NCBI GenBank assembly: GCA_020697715.1
Contig: JAEHCO010000001.1
Coordinates: 892,490 to 956,489, forward strand
DNA: 64,000 bases
Direction of reading: 5' to 3'
Origin: Methanobacteriota archaeon
GTDB taxonomy: Archaea; Thermoplasmatota; Thermoplasmata; SG8-5; JAGLSY01
Shown: positions 33,314 to 42,505 of the stretch, in pieces
Numbering within the stretch: the first letter of the stretch is position 1
How the letters are laid out: every line of letters starts with the position of its first letter
The notes under the pieces: generated by a model
Databases searched by the model: none
Seen by the model: only the letters and a program-made list of their open reading frames with translations
Told to the model about the DNA's origin: nothing
Made by a program: the position numbers and the translations under genes

Positions 33314-33730
33314 CTTACCAGTCCACAGTCCATATTGTTCCACTGCCGACCTTCACCCAGTACGCCTCACCACGCTGTAGGACATAGTTATTCGCCAGTG
33401 TGATGATATTGTATGGCCCAGCACCGTAGCCCTCAACAGAGGTTGCTCCAGTATCTGCTTTGAGATCGCCAACATCATATGATGAATCATCCTGGGCGGG
33501 ATAACCAATTAGGTTCCAACCAGTGTTCAGAGTGATGTCTGTATTTGTTGGTTCTTGACCCTCTCCGACACTCAGGAGTGCTCCGGCTGTTGTGAGCTTC
33601 ACCCACATGCCCTTCGCATTGTCCACGGATGGCATATCCTGTGCTAATCCTGCAGCGAACTGTGCCTTGTCATAGGTCTTCCAATGGTCAGAAGCATCTG
33701 CTGGATCGTACCAGCAAACAACTTCCCATG
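33314..33730. repeat. ~417 bp exact direct repeat, copy 2
   Basis: Identical to 16645-17061 by eye. Confidence 0.85.
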
Positions 33731-36700
33731 AGGTGTCACCATTACCCCAGTTCGCATCATCGAGAACTGTTAGGACATCTCCAGATGCTGTTATCGGGAA
33801 TGAGACAAAGACCCAATCCCCTGGCGCGGCTGTGCTGGTGTCGATGCCATATGGCACTGCTGGAGTTCCACCAGGCTCCTGCACAGCATTGGTGTTGGTA
33901 TCTTCATTGCCAAGGACATCCTCGCCCCTGACCACGTACCACCACAATGTTCCATCTGGTAGTCCTTTGTCCAGATCTGTGTATATGCCTGTGCCTGCTG
34001 GTACACTGGCTATGTAAGCTCCTGCATCCCATGGGCCAGCTGCATTATCAGCTCTATAAATGTTGTATTGAACCAGATCATCTGCTCCTGCTCCATCATC
34101 GCCGGATAAGGTCCAGTTGACAGTATTGTGATCATCTGGATTGGTTATCAGGGACCAGCTAAAGCCATCTATTCTGGTGTCGCGGGCTGTCGTGCCCCAT
34201 TCTATCGTACTACCACCCTGGCCTGTTCCTGCCACTACCAGGTAGTAATTGCAGGTCCATTCACTCGCATCAAGCTGGCTGGCTCCAAGTACATTTGTTG
34301 TGAATGTCGCCCTTTCCGCGGTAGGTGGTGAGCTTGTGGATGCGTATAATCTAACGACTATCGAGTCGCCCAGGTCCAACTGAGTTGCTGGTGGTGTCCA
34401 GGTAGCGGTGTTTATTCCTTCCGATGAAACTGTTCTTCCAGCAATACCAACTGCAGTTCCGGATGTGATCTCAGTCTCTACACCTCCACTGTCCCTCTGC
34501 CAGACCCTTATGCCTGCATAGACTGGAGCACGGTTACCCAGATTACCTCCGCTCTGCATTGTTGCTGACTGGGTGGTACCAAGTAAATTGGCTGCCAATC
34601 CATTGACATTGACTTCACTGGATACACCTCTCATGTATCTTGTCTCTATGGTCGAGTCACCAGGACCCCAGTACTCCACTGTTAGGTCGCTGGTCGATGC
34701 AACTCCTGCATCGACTATCGCGGTGTCTGTTACAGTAGCTGGTCCTGATCCGTCATCCGCGTCATCGTATGTCGCGGTAATGACATCATTGTGAGATACC
34801 TGGAGTATTCCTGCTCCATTGGTAGCTGATATCGTGATGGTTCCCTGGAATGTGCTGGTGTCATCTCCAGTTTCTGTGAGTGTAACAGTTTCAACACCAG
34901 TTTCTGTGTCACTGTCGATGTCCACGACAACGGTCTGAGGTGAGTTGGTGTTCGTATTGAGATCCCAGTCCATTACCTGGATCATCACTGTGTCCTCGCC
35001 AGCATATAATTCTTCATCTAGCTGAATAGAACCTTGAGAGGTGATTGGTATCATTCCACCAGATACGACAAGAGAGAAGTCCTGGGGGCCCTGGGCTACG
35101 TCCCCAGTTCGTCCATATACTTCCACTGTCCAGATACCGCTCTGTGGGTTCTGAACGAAGACATTTTCCAGATTGTTGAGGTCATCTCTGTGATCCGAGC
35201 CCCACTGGTTCGCTCCTGTTCCAGAAGCTGAGTAAAGGCTTGTCCACAAGCCATTGTTACCATAATATTCCACTCCACCTGGTGATATGACCTTCAGGTC
35301 TAGGTTATTGATCAATGCTCTTGCCGCATTGGTGGTTCCAAGTGCGGCAGGGTCTGTCCAGGCAAGTGAGATCTTCAATGGGTAAGTACCATCGACATAG
35401 GTCTGGCGTGAGTACATATTGCCTGAGTCCAGTGCCTGTGGGTATTCATCAATTTGATGATACTGAGCTCCCAGATTATACATGTATTCCATGTCTGGTG
35501 TTCCCCAGCCCTGCTCATTTCTTGTTGCATCTCCCAGATCATACTGGTATGCATCTGCCACCAAGAGGGCCTTGATAGTGCTTGAATAAGGAAGTTCTCC
35601 CAATGGGTTTGTATCGAAGTAATTCTCCTGCCACATATCATAGGCGATAACAGCTGAACCAGCTACGATGGGCGTCGCGCCACTTGTTCCACCAAAGTCA
35701 TCATAATAATCACCACTAGCATAGCCGCCAACTCTGTTGTCCACCGTGTATATCCAGTCAAATGGCGCGCACATCTCCGGCTTCTGTCTGCCATCTGCGG
35801 CTGGTCCTCTTGAAGGTGTATTTCCCTGTGATTGCAAAAGCCACTCATCATCCGCCATGTTCGCGGTGTTCTTGTGGAATATGGCTCCTATTGCCATGAC
35901 GTTCTTTGCACAGGCATCTTCGCTGAGATCTCCCTCGGCGGTTCCATCATTACCATTGCCGTTTGCCCAGAGAGATAGGACCTTTGGATAATCCACTGCT
36001 GCCTGATCATCAGCTGCAGCATTTATCTGATATAGTCCATCCTGTGTTCCGGAGCTCCATGAATTTGATTGGACGATGCCGTTCATCCCGGCACTTCCTT
36101 CATTGAAATTTCCATTCCAGAGATTTTCAATGGAAGTGTATCTTCCAGTTCCCCAGTCGGAGAAAACACCCACTGCTTCATAAGCAATTCCAAGTGCGTC
36201 GATGTCACCAGCTCCATTTCCGAAGACGATACCTGATGTGCAGGTGCCGTGATCATCATTTGATACTGATCCATCTGTGTATATGACATTAGCGAGATCC
36301 GGATGGCCAATGTCTATTCCATTGTCCTGAACTTCGGCCAGCATACCAGCGCCAGTGAATCCCACTGCTTCGGTGGTATCATGACCCATGAATGTATTGG
36401 ATGTGATAAGATTCATATATGCTTCTGGCTCCGCATCATGGCCGACAGATCTGACCTCTTGGATCTCAGCGATGGAATTGATCTTGGATGCGTCTATCGT
36501 GCATCTTAGGTATGTGAAACCTGTATTGACCTTGATATCACTGGCTCCCAGTTCCTCCAGGGATGCCATTGTTCTGAGTATTCCAGCATCTTCATGCAGG
36601 ACCACTATGACATCGGTCATGCCGGACTTTCCATCCAGGTCTGGATTGATCTTCATTGAGGAGATATATGGTTGAATATTATTCGAATATGTCATAAGAA

Positions 36701-36947
36701 GTCCATTTGATGATATGTCTCCCTTGACCAGGTAGGTTCCATCGTTCATGTAGTTCAGGAATTCAATACCTGTACTTTCGATGAAGCTCCTCTGCTCGCC
36801 ATTCGGTAGTTCCGAAAAGCTAACCAGGAAGTACCCATCATCCGTGTCCACATCTGCTAAAGTGATCGAGCTTGCTGGTATCAGTAAACTAATTGATATC
36901 ACAGCTACAAATATCAAGCCCACAAATCTATTGCCCATTTTTTCCAT
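33315..36947 (-). CDS. Secreted S8 serine peptidase, multidomain (array gene 7)
   Basis: Triad VQDNG / DHGTCTSG / GGTSGATP; oxyanion ANGNG; PSRGPAADGRQKP; shared C-terminal domain. Confidence 0.88.
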   Translation of the reverse strand: MEKMGNRFVGLIFVAVISISLLIPASSITLADVDTDDGYFLVSFSELPNGEQRSFIESTGIEFLNYMNDGTYLVKGDISSNGLLMTYSNNIQPYISSMKINPDLDGKSGMTDVIVVLHEDAGILRTMASLEELGASDIKVNTGFTYLRCTIDASKINSIAEIQEVRSVGHDAEPEAYMNLITSNTFMGHDTTEAVGFTGAGMLAEVQDNGIDIGHPDLANVIYTDGSVSNDDHGTCTSGIVFGNGAGDIDALGIAYEAVGVFSDWGTGRYTSIENLWNGNFNEGSAGMNGIVQSNSWSSGTQDGLYQINAAADDQAAVDYPKVLSLWANGNGNDGTAEGDLSEDACAKNVMAIGAIFHKNTANMADDEWLLQSQGNTPSRGPAADGRQKPEMCAPFDWIYTVDNRVGGYASGDYYDDFGGTSGATPIVAGSAVIAYDMWQENYFDTNPLGELPYSSTIKALLVADAYQYDLGDATRNEQGWGTPDMEYMYNLGAQYHQIDEYPQALDSGNMYSRQTYVDGTYPLKISLAWTDPAALGTTNAARALINNLDLKVISPGGVEYYGNNGLWTSLYSASGTGANQWGSDHRDDLNNLENVFVQNPQSGIWTVEVYGRTGDVAQGPQDFSLVVSGGMIPITSQGSIQLDEELYAGEDTVMIQVMDWDLNTNTNSPQTVVVDIDSDTETGVETVTLTETGDDTSTFQGTITISATNGAGILQVSHNDVITATYDDADDGSGPATVTDTAIVDAGVASTSDLTVEYWGPGDSTIETRYMRGVSSEVNVNGLAANLLGTTQSATMQSGGNLGNRAPVYAGIRVWQRDSGGVETEITSGTAVGIAGRTVSSEGINTATWTPPATQLDLGDSIVVRLYASTSSPPTAERATFTTNVLGASQLDASEWTCNYYLVVAGTGQGGSTIEWGTTARDTRIDGFSWSLITNPDDHNTVNWTLSGDDGAGADDLVQYNIYRADNAAGPWDAGAYIASVPAGTGIYTDLDKGLPDGTLWWYVVRGEDVLGNEDTNTNAVQEPGGTPAVPYGIDTSTAAPGDWVFVSFPITASGDVLTVLDDANWGNGDTSWEVVCWYDPADASDHWKTYDKAQFAAGLAQDMPSVDNAKGMWVKLTTAGALLSVGEGQEPTNTDITLNTGWNLIGYPAQDDSSYDVGDLKADTGATSVEGYGAGPYNIITLANNYVLQRGEAYWVKVGSGTIWTVDW

Positions 36948-37163
36948 TCAATCCATCTCCACTAATTACCATAACTTAACGATTGCAGAATATATAATAC
37001 TAATCCCCAATATTGATACATACTATTGTGACATAGATGCATATTGGTACAATTTATGTAGCTATTTCGTAGACAATTTATCTGATCATAAATTAAACAT
37101 ATAATAATTCAATAACTCTAATATCAAACTCTAATAACAAATTAATAATTTAAAATAAAAGAG

Positions 37164-37187
37164 TTGAAGGGCGGTTAGGCCCTTCAA
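37164..37187 (-). terminator. Hairpin terminator after array gene 8
   Basis: TTGAAGGGC-GGTTAG-GCCCTTCAA, with a U-tract on the minus strand. Confidence 0.7.
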
Positions 37188-37218
37188 TTGTTCGATGGCT
37201 AATCTTAATTTGTTGCTC

Positions 37219-40200
37219 CTACATCACAAAGAGCATTACCCAGTCCCAATCATCCATCCATCCAGGTATGGTTCCAGCTGGATCAATGTAGAACTCTCCC
37301 CAAGGAGTCAGGTATTGATTGCCGGGTATTCCTCCTTCAAATACACCCAGATCCTGCATTCCCATGGAATTGAGGGTCAGCATCTCAGATCCCATTCCGG
37401 GAGTTATGCTGAAGGTTCCATCAAAGGGCATTCCAGGTGGAGGTGGGAAGAACATTACGTCACTGGACCACCAATCCATTGGCCCATCTGCATGTTCGAA
37501 ATATCCCTGTGCCAGCATACCATCCCTGTCAAGGAATACATATTCTGCCAGGAAGGGAACTCCTATTGGAACCGGACTTCCGTCTGGAGGACTGGTCATC
37601 ATGACCTCATAAGGCACACCACAAACAACATCCTGTATTGACATGCCAGCTCCAACATTGACATAGGTGTAATTGTAGCCATTGTTGCCGTATGGCATCT
37701 CGAAGGTGGCATTGACGAATATAACATCTCCATCCGTGTAGTTCATGATGTCCACGGAGTACTGTCCTGTTGGTATTGTCACTGTGTTTCTGGTATTCCA
37801 TGCTCCCAAATTCCTGTCGAACCATGTCACTGCCACATCCGCGCCTGTTGATTGCAGTGGATTGTAGAAACCACCGCTGAACCCATCATATAGATACACT
37901 GTTCCAAATACTGGGTATGGGTCAGAGATCACGGCTGGAGCATTCAATTGCCACAGTACATTGGATGAGGAATACACCCAGTATGCATTTCCGTGTGTCA
38001 TCAGCACTGTGTCGAGCATCACTGTATCGGTAATCTTATAGGGCTGGCCAGTATCGTAATATGATATCATGGTCACCTGTGGGGGTAATGTATCGGATGC
38101 CATCTGCGAGATCATATCTGGATATCCAATAAGATTCCAGCCAGCATACAGCATGAACTCCGCATCCGCTGGGTCGTCGCCGCCAATACCAGTTGTCAGA
38201 TATTGATCGCCAGTATTGCCTGTTATGTGTATCCATAATCCCATCGTATTGTCAAGGTCTGGCATGGTCTGAACACCCGGGAAGTCCTTGTCGTAGAACT
38301 TCCAGTGATCATTGAAATCTGTTGGGTCATACCATTTCAAATGGTCCCAAGTTATGCCTCCATCACCCCATGCATGCAGTGAGTCATCCAGCACCGTGGT
38401 GGCCGGCCCGTTCATCTCAGATGGGAAGGATATGAACCTCCATGCCGGCCATGGTCCTGCTGGATCGGATATCGTTATATTGTATGGGTCTGGCCCTGGT
38501 ATGATGATGCCAGGAGCCTCAGGTATTATCAATCTTGATGGTGTCGAATCATTATCATATCCAAGAATGAACTCTGGAGCTGGTTTATCATAATGGATGG
38601 TCGCGGCAAGGTAGTTGACACTCACCTGCATTCTGGATGTTGTCTCGTACACACCCCATCTAATTCTATTTCCTGAGACATAGTTTCCTGGGTCAACGGT
38701 TATGCTCCTGGTCATCGTGATATCAACGCCAGTGGCTCCATACATCGTGGTCCCGATGGGCTCCCAGTATGATCCGGTGGATTGGTCCTCGACCCATATT
38801 TGATAGTCGCTGTCATCATCGCCCTGACCGACGAATGTCAGGTCTATTTGGGTGATATAAGCTGGATCCTCCAGCACCTCCATCGAGTTCCATATGAATA
38901 TCTCATCCTGGTTGCCAGGGTCTACCGATACGGCCCAGTCACTGTCCGTAACAGATGCGGAAACATACTGAGCATCCGTGAACTCAGGGGCTGAATTGTA
39001 ATCAGGTCCTGTTCCCACAGAGCATGAGTTGGTGTCCATGAAGTAGCAATAATCCGGCGGTGTTGCCTCGGTATCTCCAACATAATCATATGTCGTGGAA
39101 CCTGCTCCGCCACCGCCAGCCGTTGCATCAAGCCAGATCTCAACAAATACGCGATCACCTGCTGATATGGTGGTCGCAGGTATGGTATCTGTCCAGCTGA
39201 ATTCCGTGTATGAATATCTGGCATACACGTCTGTCGGGCATTGTGCTGGAGTTGGGTTCAGAAGTGTCATTGAGGGGTACTCGTAGATCTTGGCATACAG
39301 TGTGCCGGAGACATCCTCCGTGGTAACTCTCCCTTCAATGAAGAAATGCCAGTCACCATCAACATCCGTATCCTGTGCATATGGATCAGTCATCCATCCT
39401 ACATCCCCTACATGATATTGACCTGCAGCAGGTATCGGGCCTGTTGTGTTCGTCATGATACTTGCTTGATCTGGATCTGCTGGTAACAGGGACATATCTA
39501 TCCCGAAGGAGTTCTCCACATGCAGATAATATTGCTCACCAACATAGATCGTTATCGAGTAAATATTTCCCCAGTTGGCATCCGAGTCAAGTGCATGCAC
39601 AAATATAGTATGCACTTCTCCAGCCAGCCAGCCCTCAGCAGATATGTCAATTGTGGCATATCCATCCTCATTGGGGCTGTCATATGTACCATCAGATGGT
39701 GTGACCAATGTGCCAGTTCCATCTACTCCTACAGTATCAATGAAATATTCAGCATCAACTATATTTTGGATATCGGAGAAAGATGTGTAAACTGTTGTCG
39801 TGGCCGCTCCACCTGTTGGATTCGGGTCAGCGTATCCTGAAGCAACTGGCCCGCCACCTATATCGAAGCTGCCGCTTACCACCAGGGCGAAGTCCTGATC
39901 GGTAGCTGGTGTAGCTGAGACAGAGTCCTGCTGTATGTCCGTTCCATTGACATAGATACTCCACTGGCCGATCTCTGGTGTCTGGACATTGACACATTCC
40001 ACATTGTTTAGTGTATCTGCAACTGGGACTGGAGAGGGAAATGCCCATCCTCCTACGAACAAGTTGCCATTATACACTAATCCACTTGGAGAAATAACTG
40101 TAAGATCTATATCATTTATCAGTGCTTTTCCAGTACCTGTGTTCGAAGGTGCGGCCACATCTGTCCAGGCCGTAGTTATCTTCAATGGCTGTGAGACACT

Positions 40201-41400
40201 GTTTATGAAGATAGTATCATATAACTGACTGATTCCAGTTTCAAGAAGGATATTCTGATCATCATAATAAATATCGAATCCAGGCTCTATCATATTGGTC
40301 AAATTCACTCTGCCCCATCCCTCATCGTTGTTAGGGATATCGGATGTTGCCATATCGGTCGCACCATTGATCATCGCGGCTCTTGATATTGCGGGACTGG
40401 GCATAGCTCCGTTCACATCATTGTAATACTGTGCAAAGACCGCTACAGCACCAGTTCCGATGGCTGCTGATCCTCCTGTTCCTGTTGTATATTGATAATC
40501 TGCATTGATCGCCTCATTCCCTGTAACAGCCCCTGGATAGTGGGATGTCACTCCAGAGCCCCAAGACGCTGGAGCTACAAGATCAGGCTTTATTCTACCA
40601 TCAGCAGTGGGCCCAGTCGGGGATACAGAATATATCTCTTCAATATTGTCTGCATCTAAACTCTTGTGAGGTTTGTATCCCTCGCTCACAGCTATTGCCA
40701 GGCTGTTCTTTCCGCAGGCACTTTCCATCACATCTGCATTTCCGGGGGCCATAATGTTCAGTAATGGCTGGTCTCCTGGTGTTGTAGAATCTGCATCTCT
40801 GGCCGCCGTATCTATCTTATTGGCATTCAAACCATATTCACCAATTGCCCCGCCTCCCCATGAATTGGATAGAGCAAAGGTTCCTCTTTGACTGGCATCA
40901 GTGAATACATCGGCGATATCTCCGTTGAACCATGCAGCGCCATCGCCAAAGACCCGCTCGGTTATTATGCTAGCTCCTGGAGCCACACCAAGGCCGTAGA
41001 GCTTTCCATCCACTGGGTCAAATTGACCACTGGATCCATCTCCAGCCATCCAACTGACGAAAGGAGTGCTCATTCCATAGGAATCCTCGGCGACACCATC
41101 TGAGGCATCGACCTCGCACCAGTCAACCCAATGGTCAACTCTTCCTGCAAAGTCAGTGAAAAGGGCGGGTGTACCACCATCTCCAGTGTCCAGGCCAGTA
41201 CCCACCTCTCCTATGAGGATACCCGTACCATCGTATCCTAATCCTTGTGCCCTGGTCGCTCCTGTTATATCTGTTAGAACTTCCCCCGCACTGACATTCT
41301 CCGTTGTATCGAAGGTGGTAAAAGGAACCACCATCATCAAACTCAAAATTATTACTATCAACTTACCCACATTTGCTGCTCTATCTTCCATTAATGTCAT
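37219..41400 (-). CDS. Secreted S8-fold pseudo-peptidase (triad lost, no prodomain) with the shared GWN domain and an extra C-terminal extension (array gene 8)
   Basis: S8 scaffold kept (SNSWGG, GPTADGRIKPDL, EGWGRVNL), but the triad positions read GEVGTG / YGMSTP / TGTGGSAA. The start may be 41391, which has better RBS spacing. Confidence 0.8.
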   Translation of the reverse strand: MTLMEDRAANVGKLIVIILSLMMVVPFTTFDTTENVSAGEVLTDITGATRAQGLGYDGTGILIGEVGTGLDTGDGGTPALFTDFAGRVDHWVDWCEVDASDGVAEDSYGMSTPFVSWMAGDGSSGQFDPVDGKLYGLGVAPGASIITERVFGDGAAWFNGDIADVFTDASQRGTFALSNSWGGGAIGEYGLNANKIDTAARDADSTTPGDQPLLNIMAPGNADVMESACGKNSLAIAVSEGYKPHKSLDADNIEEIYSVSPTGPTADGRIKPDLVAPASWGSGVTSHYPGAVTGNEAINADYQYTTGTGGSAAIGTGAVAVFAQYYNDVNGAMPSPAISRAAMINGATDMATSDIPNNDEGWGRVNLTNMIEPGFDIYYDDQNILLETGISQLYDTIFINSVSQPLKITTAWTDVAAPSNTGTGKALINDIDLTVISPSGLVYNGNLFVGGWAFPSPVPVADTLNNVECVNVQTPEIGQWSIYVNGTDIQQDSVSATPATDQDFALVVSGSFDIGGGPVASGYADPNPTGGAATTTVYTSFSDIQNIVDAEYFIDTVGVDGTGTLVTPSDGTYDSPNEDGYATIDISAEGWLAGEVHTIFVHALDSDANWGNIYSITIYVGEQYYLHVENSFGIDMSLLPADPDQASIMTNTTGPIPAAGQYHVGDVGWMTDPYAQDTDVDGDWHFFIEGRVTTEDVSGTLYAKIYEYPSMTLLNPTPAQCPTDVYARYSYTEFSWTDTIPATTISAGDRVFVEIWLDATAGGGGAGSTTYDYVGDTEATPPDYCYFMDTNSCSVGTGPDYNSAPEFTDAQYVSASVTDSDWAVSVDPGNQDEIFIWNSMEVLEDPAYITQIDLTFVGQGDDDSDYQIWVEDQSTGSYWEPIGTTMYGATGVDITMTRSITVDPGNYVSGNRIRWGVYETTSRMQVSVNYLAATIHYDKPAPEFILGYDNDSTPSRLIIPEAPGIIIPGPDPYNITISDPAGPWPAWRFISFPSEMNGPATTVLDDSLHAWGDGGITWDHLKWYDPTDFNDHWKFYDKDFPGVQTMPDLDNTMGLWIHITGNTGDQYLTTGIGGDDPADAEFMLYAGWNLIGYPDMISQMASDTLPPQVTMISYYDTGQPYKITDTVMLDTVLMTHGNAYWVYSSSNVLWQLNAPAVISDPYPVFGTVYLYDGFSGGFYNPLQSTGADVAVTWFDRNLGAWNTRNTVTIPTGQYSVDIMNYTDGDVIFVNATFEMPYGNNGYNYTYVNVGAGMSIQDVVCGVPYEVMMTSPPDGSPVPIGVPFLAEYVFLDRDGMLAQGYFEHADGPMDWWSSDVMFFPPPPGMPFDGTFSITPGMGSEMLTLNSMGMQDLGVFEGGIPGNQYLTPWGEFYIDPAGTIPGWMDDWDWVMLFVM

Positions 41401-41591
41401 CTCCTCTAAACTAAATTTCTGATATTATCTATCAAATCTATTTTCGCTTATATATAACTAATCTGTAGATAACCTACTTATACACCATAACGATAGAAAA
41501 GTATCCGATAGCGTCTGAGCTAAGTGGGAAAGGTATAAATAGCCCAAATCCGATTATTCGGGTAGTACATAGATCGACATTGGTGCTGTTC

Positions 41592-41756
41592 ATGGAGAAA
41601 GAGATACACCTCAAAATAGACAAGAACGACCCGGACATGACCCTGAGGGCTGTCATGGAGAAGATCCAGGAGCTTCAAGCAGATAATCCTGGTCTAGAGG
41701 TATTCTTCGATGGCGATGAATATGCCATATGCAGTCGACCAAAAAGAGAAATATAA
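41592..41756 (+). CDS. Small hypothetical protein, 54 aa (not in the ORF track)
   Basis: MEKEIHLKIDKNDPDMTLRAVMEKIQELQADNPGLEVFFDGDEYAICSRPKREI; GGTG upstream; TATA-like TATAAAT near 41534; lies 18 bp before hypB. Confidence 0.65.
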   Translation: MEKEIHLKIDKNDPDMTLRAVMEKIQELQADNPGLEVFFDGDEYAICSRPKREI

Positions 41757-41774
41757 TATTTTTAGAGGGATATC

Positions 41775-42425
41775 GTGCATAAAGTTGTTGATGTGGAGCT
41801 GGGCGCAGATCTTCTGGAAGCAAATGATCGAATAGCCAGAGATAATCACAAACTTATGGAAACGAACAATGTGAGGTCCTTTGATCTCATTGGCTCAATT
41901 GGCTCTGGGAAGACAATGCTCATCGAGACCATTGTGGATATTCTCAATAAGCGCGGGATAAAAGCCGGGGTCATATGCGGCGATGTGGCTGGTGATGATG
42001 ATTTCAAAAGAGTTGCTGGCCATGATGTGGATGTCAAGAATCTCAATACTGGAAAAGAATGCCATCTCGATGCTCATCTGGTCGATCATACATTGGAAAA
42101 GTTCAACCTCGAGGAATTGGATGTCATGCTCATTGAGAATGTGGGAAACCTCGTATGCCCTGGAGACTTCTGGCTCGGCACTGATAAGAGAGTGGCGGTC
42201 GTATCGGTCACGGAGGGCGATGACATGATAAGAAAACACCCGATAATCTTCGGACTGGCTGATATAATTGTCATAAACAAGGTAGACCTTGCGGAGGTCA
42301 TAGAGGTGGATCCACAAGTCTTGGTGTCCGATGCTGCTCGAATAGCTCCCGGGAAACCAGTCATACTCACGGATGCGAAAAGAGGTGCCGGCGTGGAAGA
42401 ATTGATGGCCGCAATGGGAATTTGA
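41775..42425 (+). CDS. hypB: Hydrogenase nickel incorporation GTPase HypB
   Basis: GSIGSGKT, TGKECHLDA, IENVGNLVCP, SVTEGDD..KHP and NKVD. Confidence 0.92.
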   Translation: MHKVVDVELGADLLEANDRIARDNHKLMETNNVRSFDLIGSIGSGKTMLIETIVDILNKRGIKAGVICGDVAGDDDFKRVAGHDVDVKNLNTGKECHLDAHLVDHTLEKFNLEELDVMLIENVGNLVCPGDFWLGTDKRVAVVSVTEGDDMIRKHPIIFGLADIIVINKVDLAEVIEVDPQVLVSDAARIAPGKPVILTDAKRGAGVEELMAAMGI

Positions 42426-42505
42426 GGCCAAAAACACCCATTTTATGCCTGAAATAAAGAATAGTTTAATAAACCCCTTCCGTGATTAGCCTCCAGGTGA
42501 ATTAT

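Noticed and set aside
6314-41400. Diversity-generating retroelement or invertase shufflon behind the repeats
   Set aside because: No reverse transcriptase or recombinase is in the window, the repeats are direct, and the mismatches are not visibly adenine-specific.
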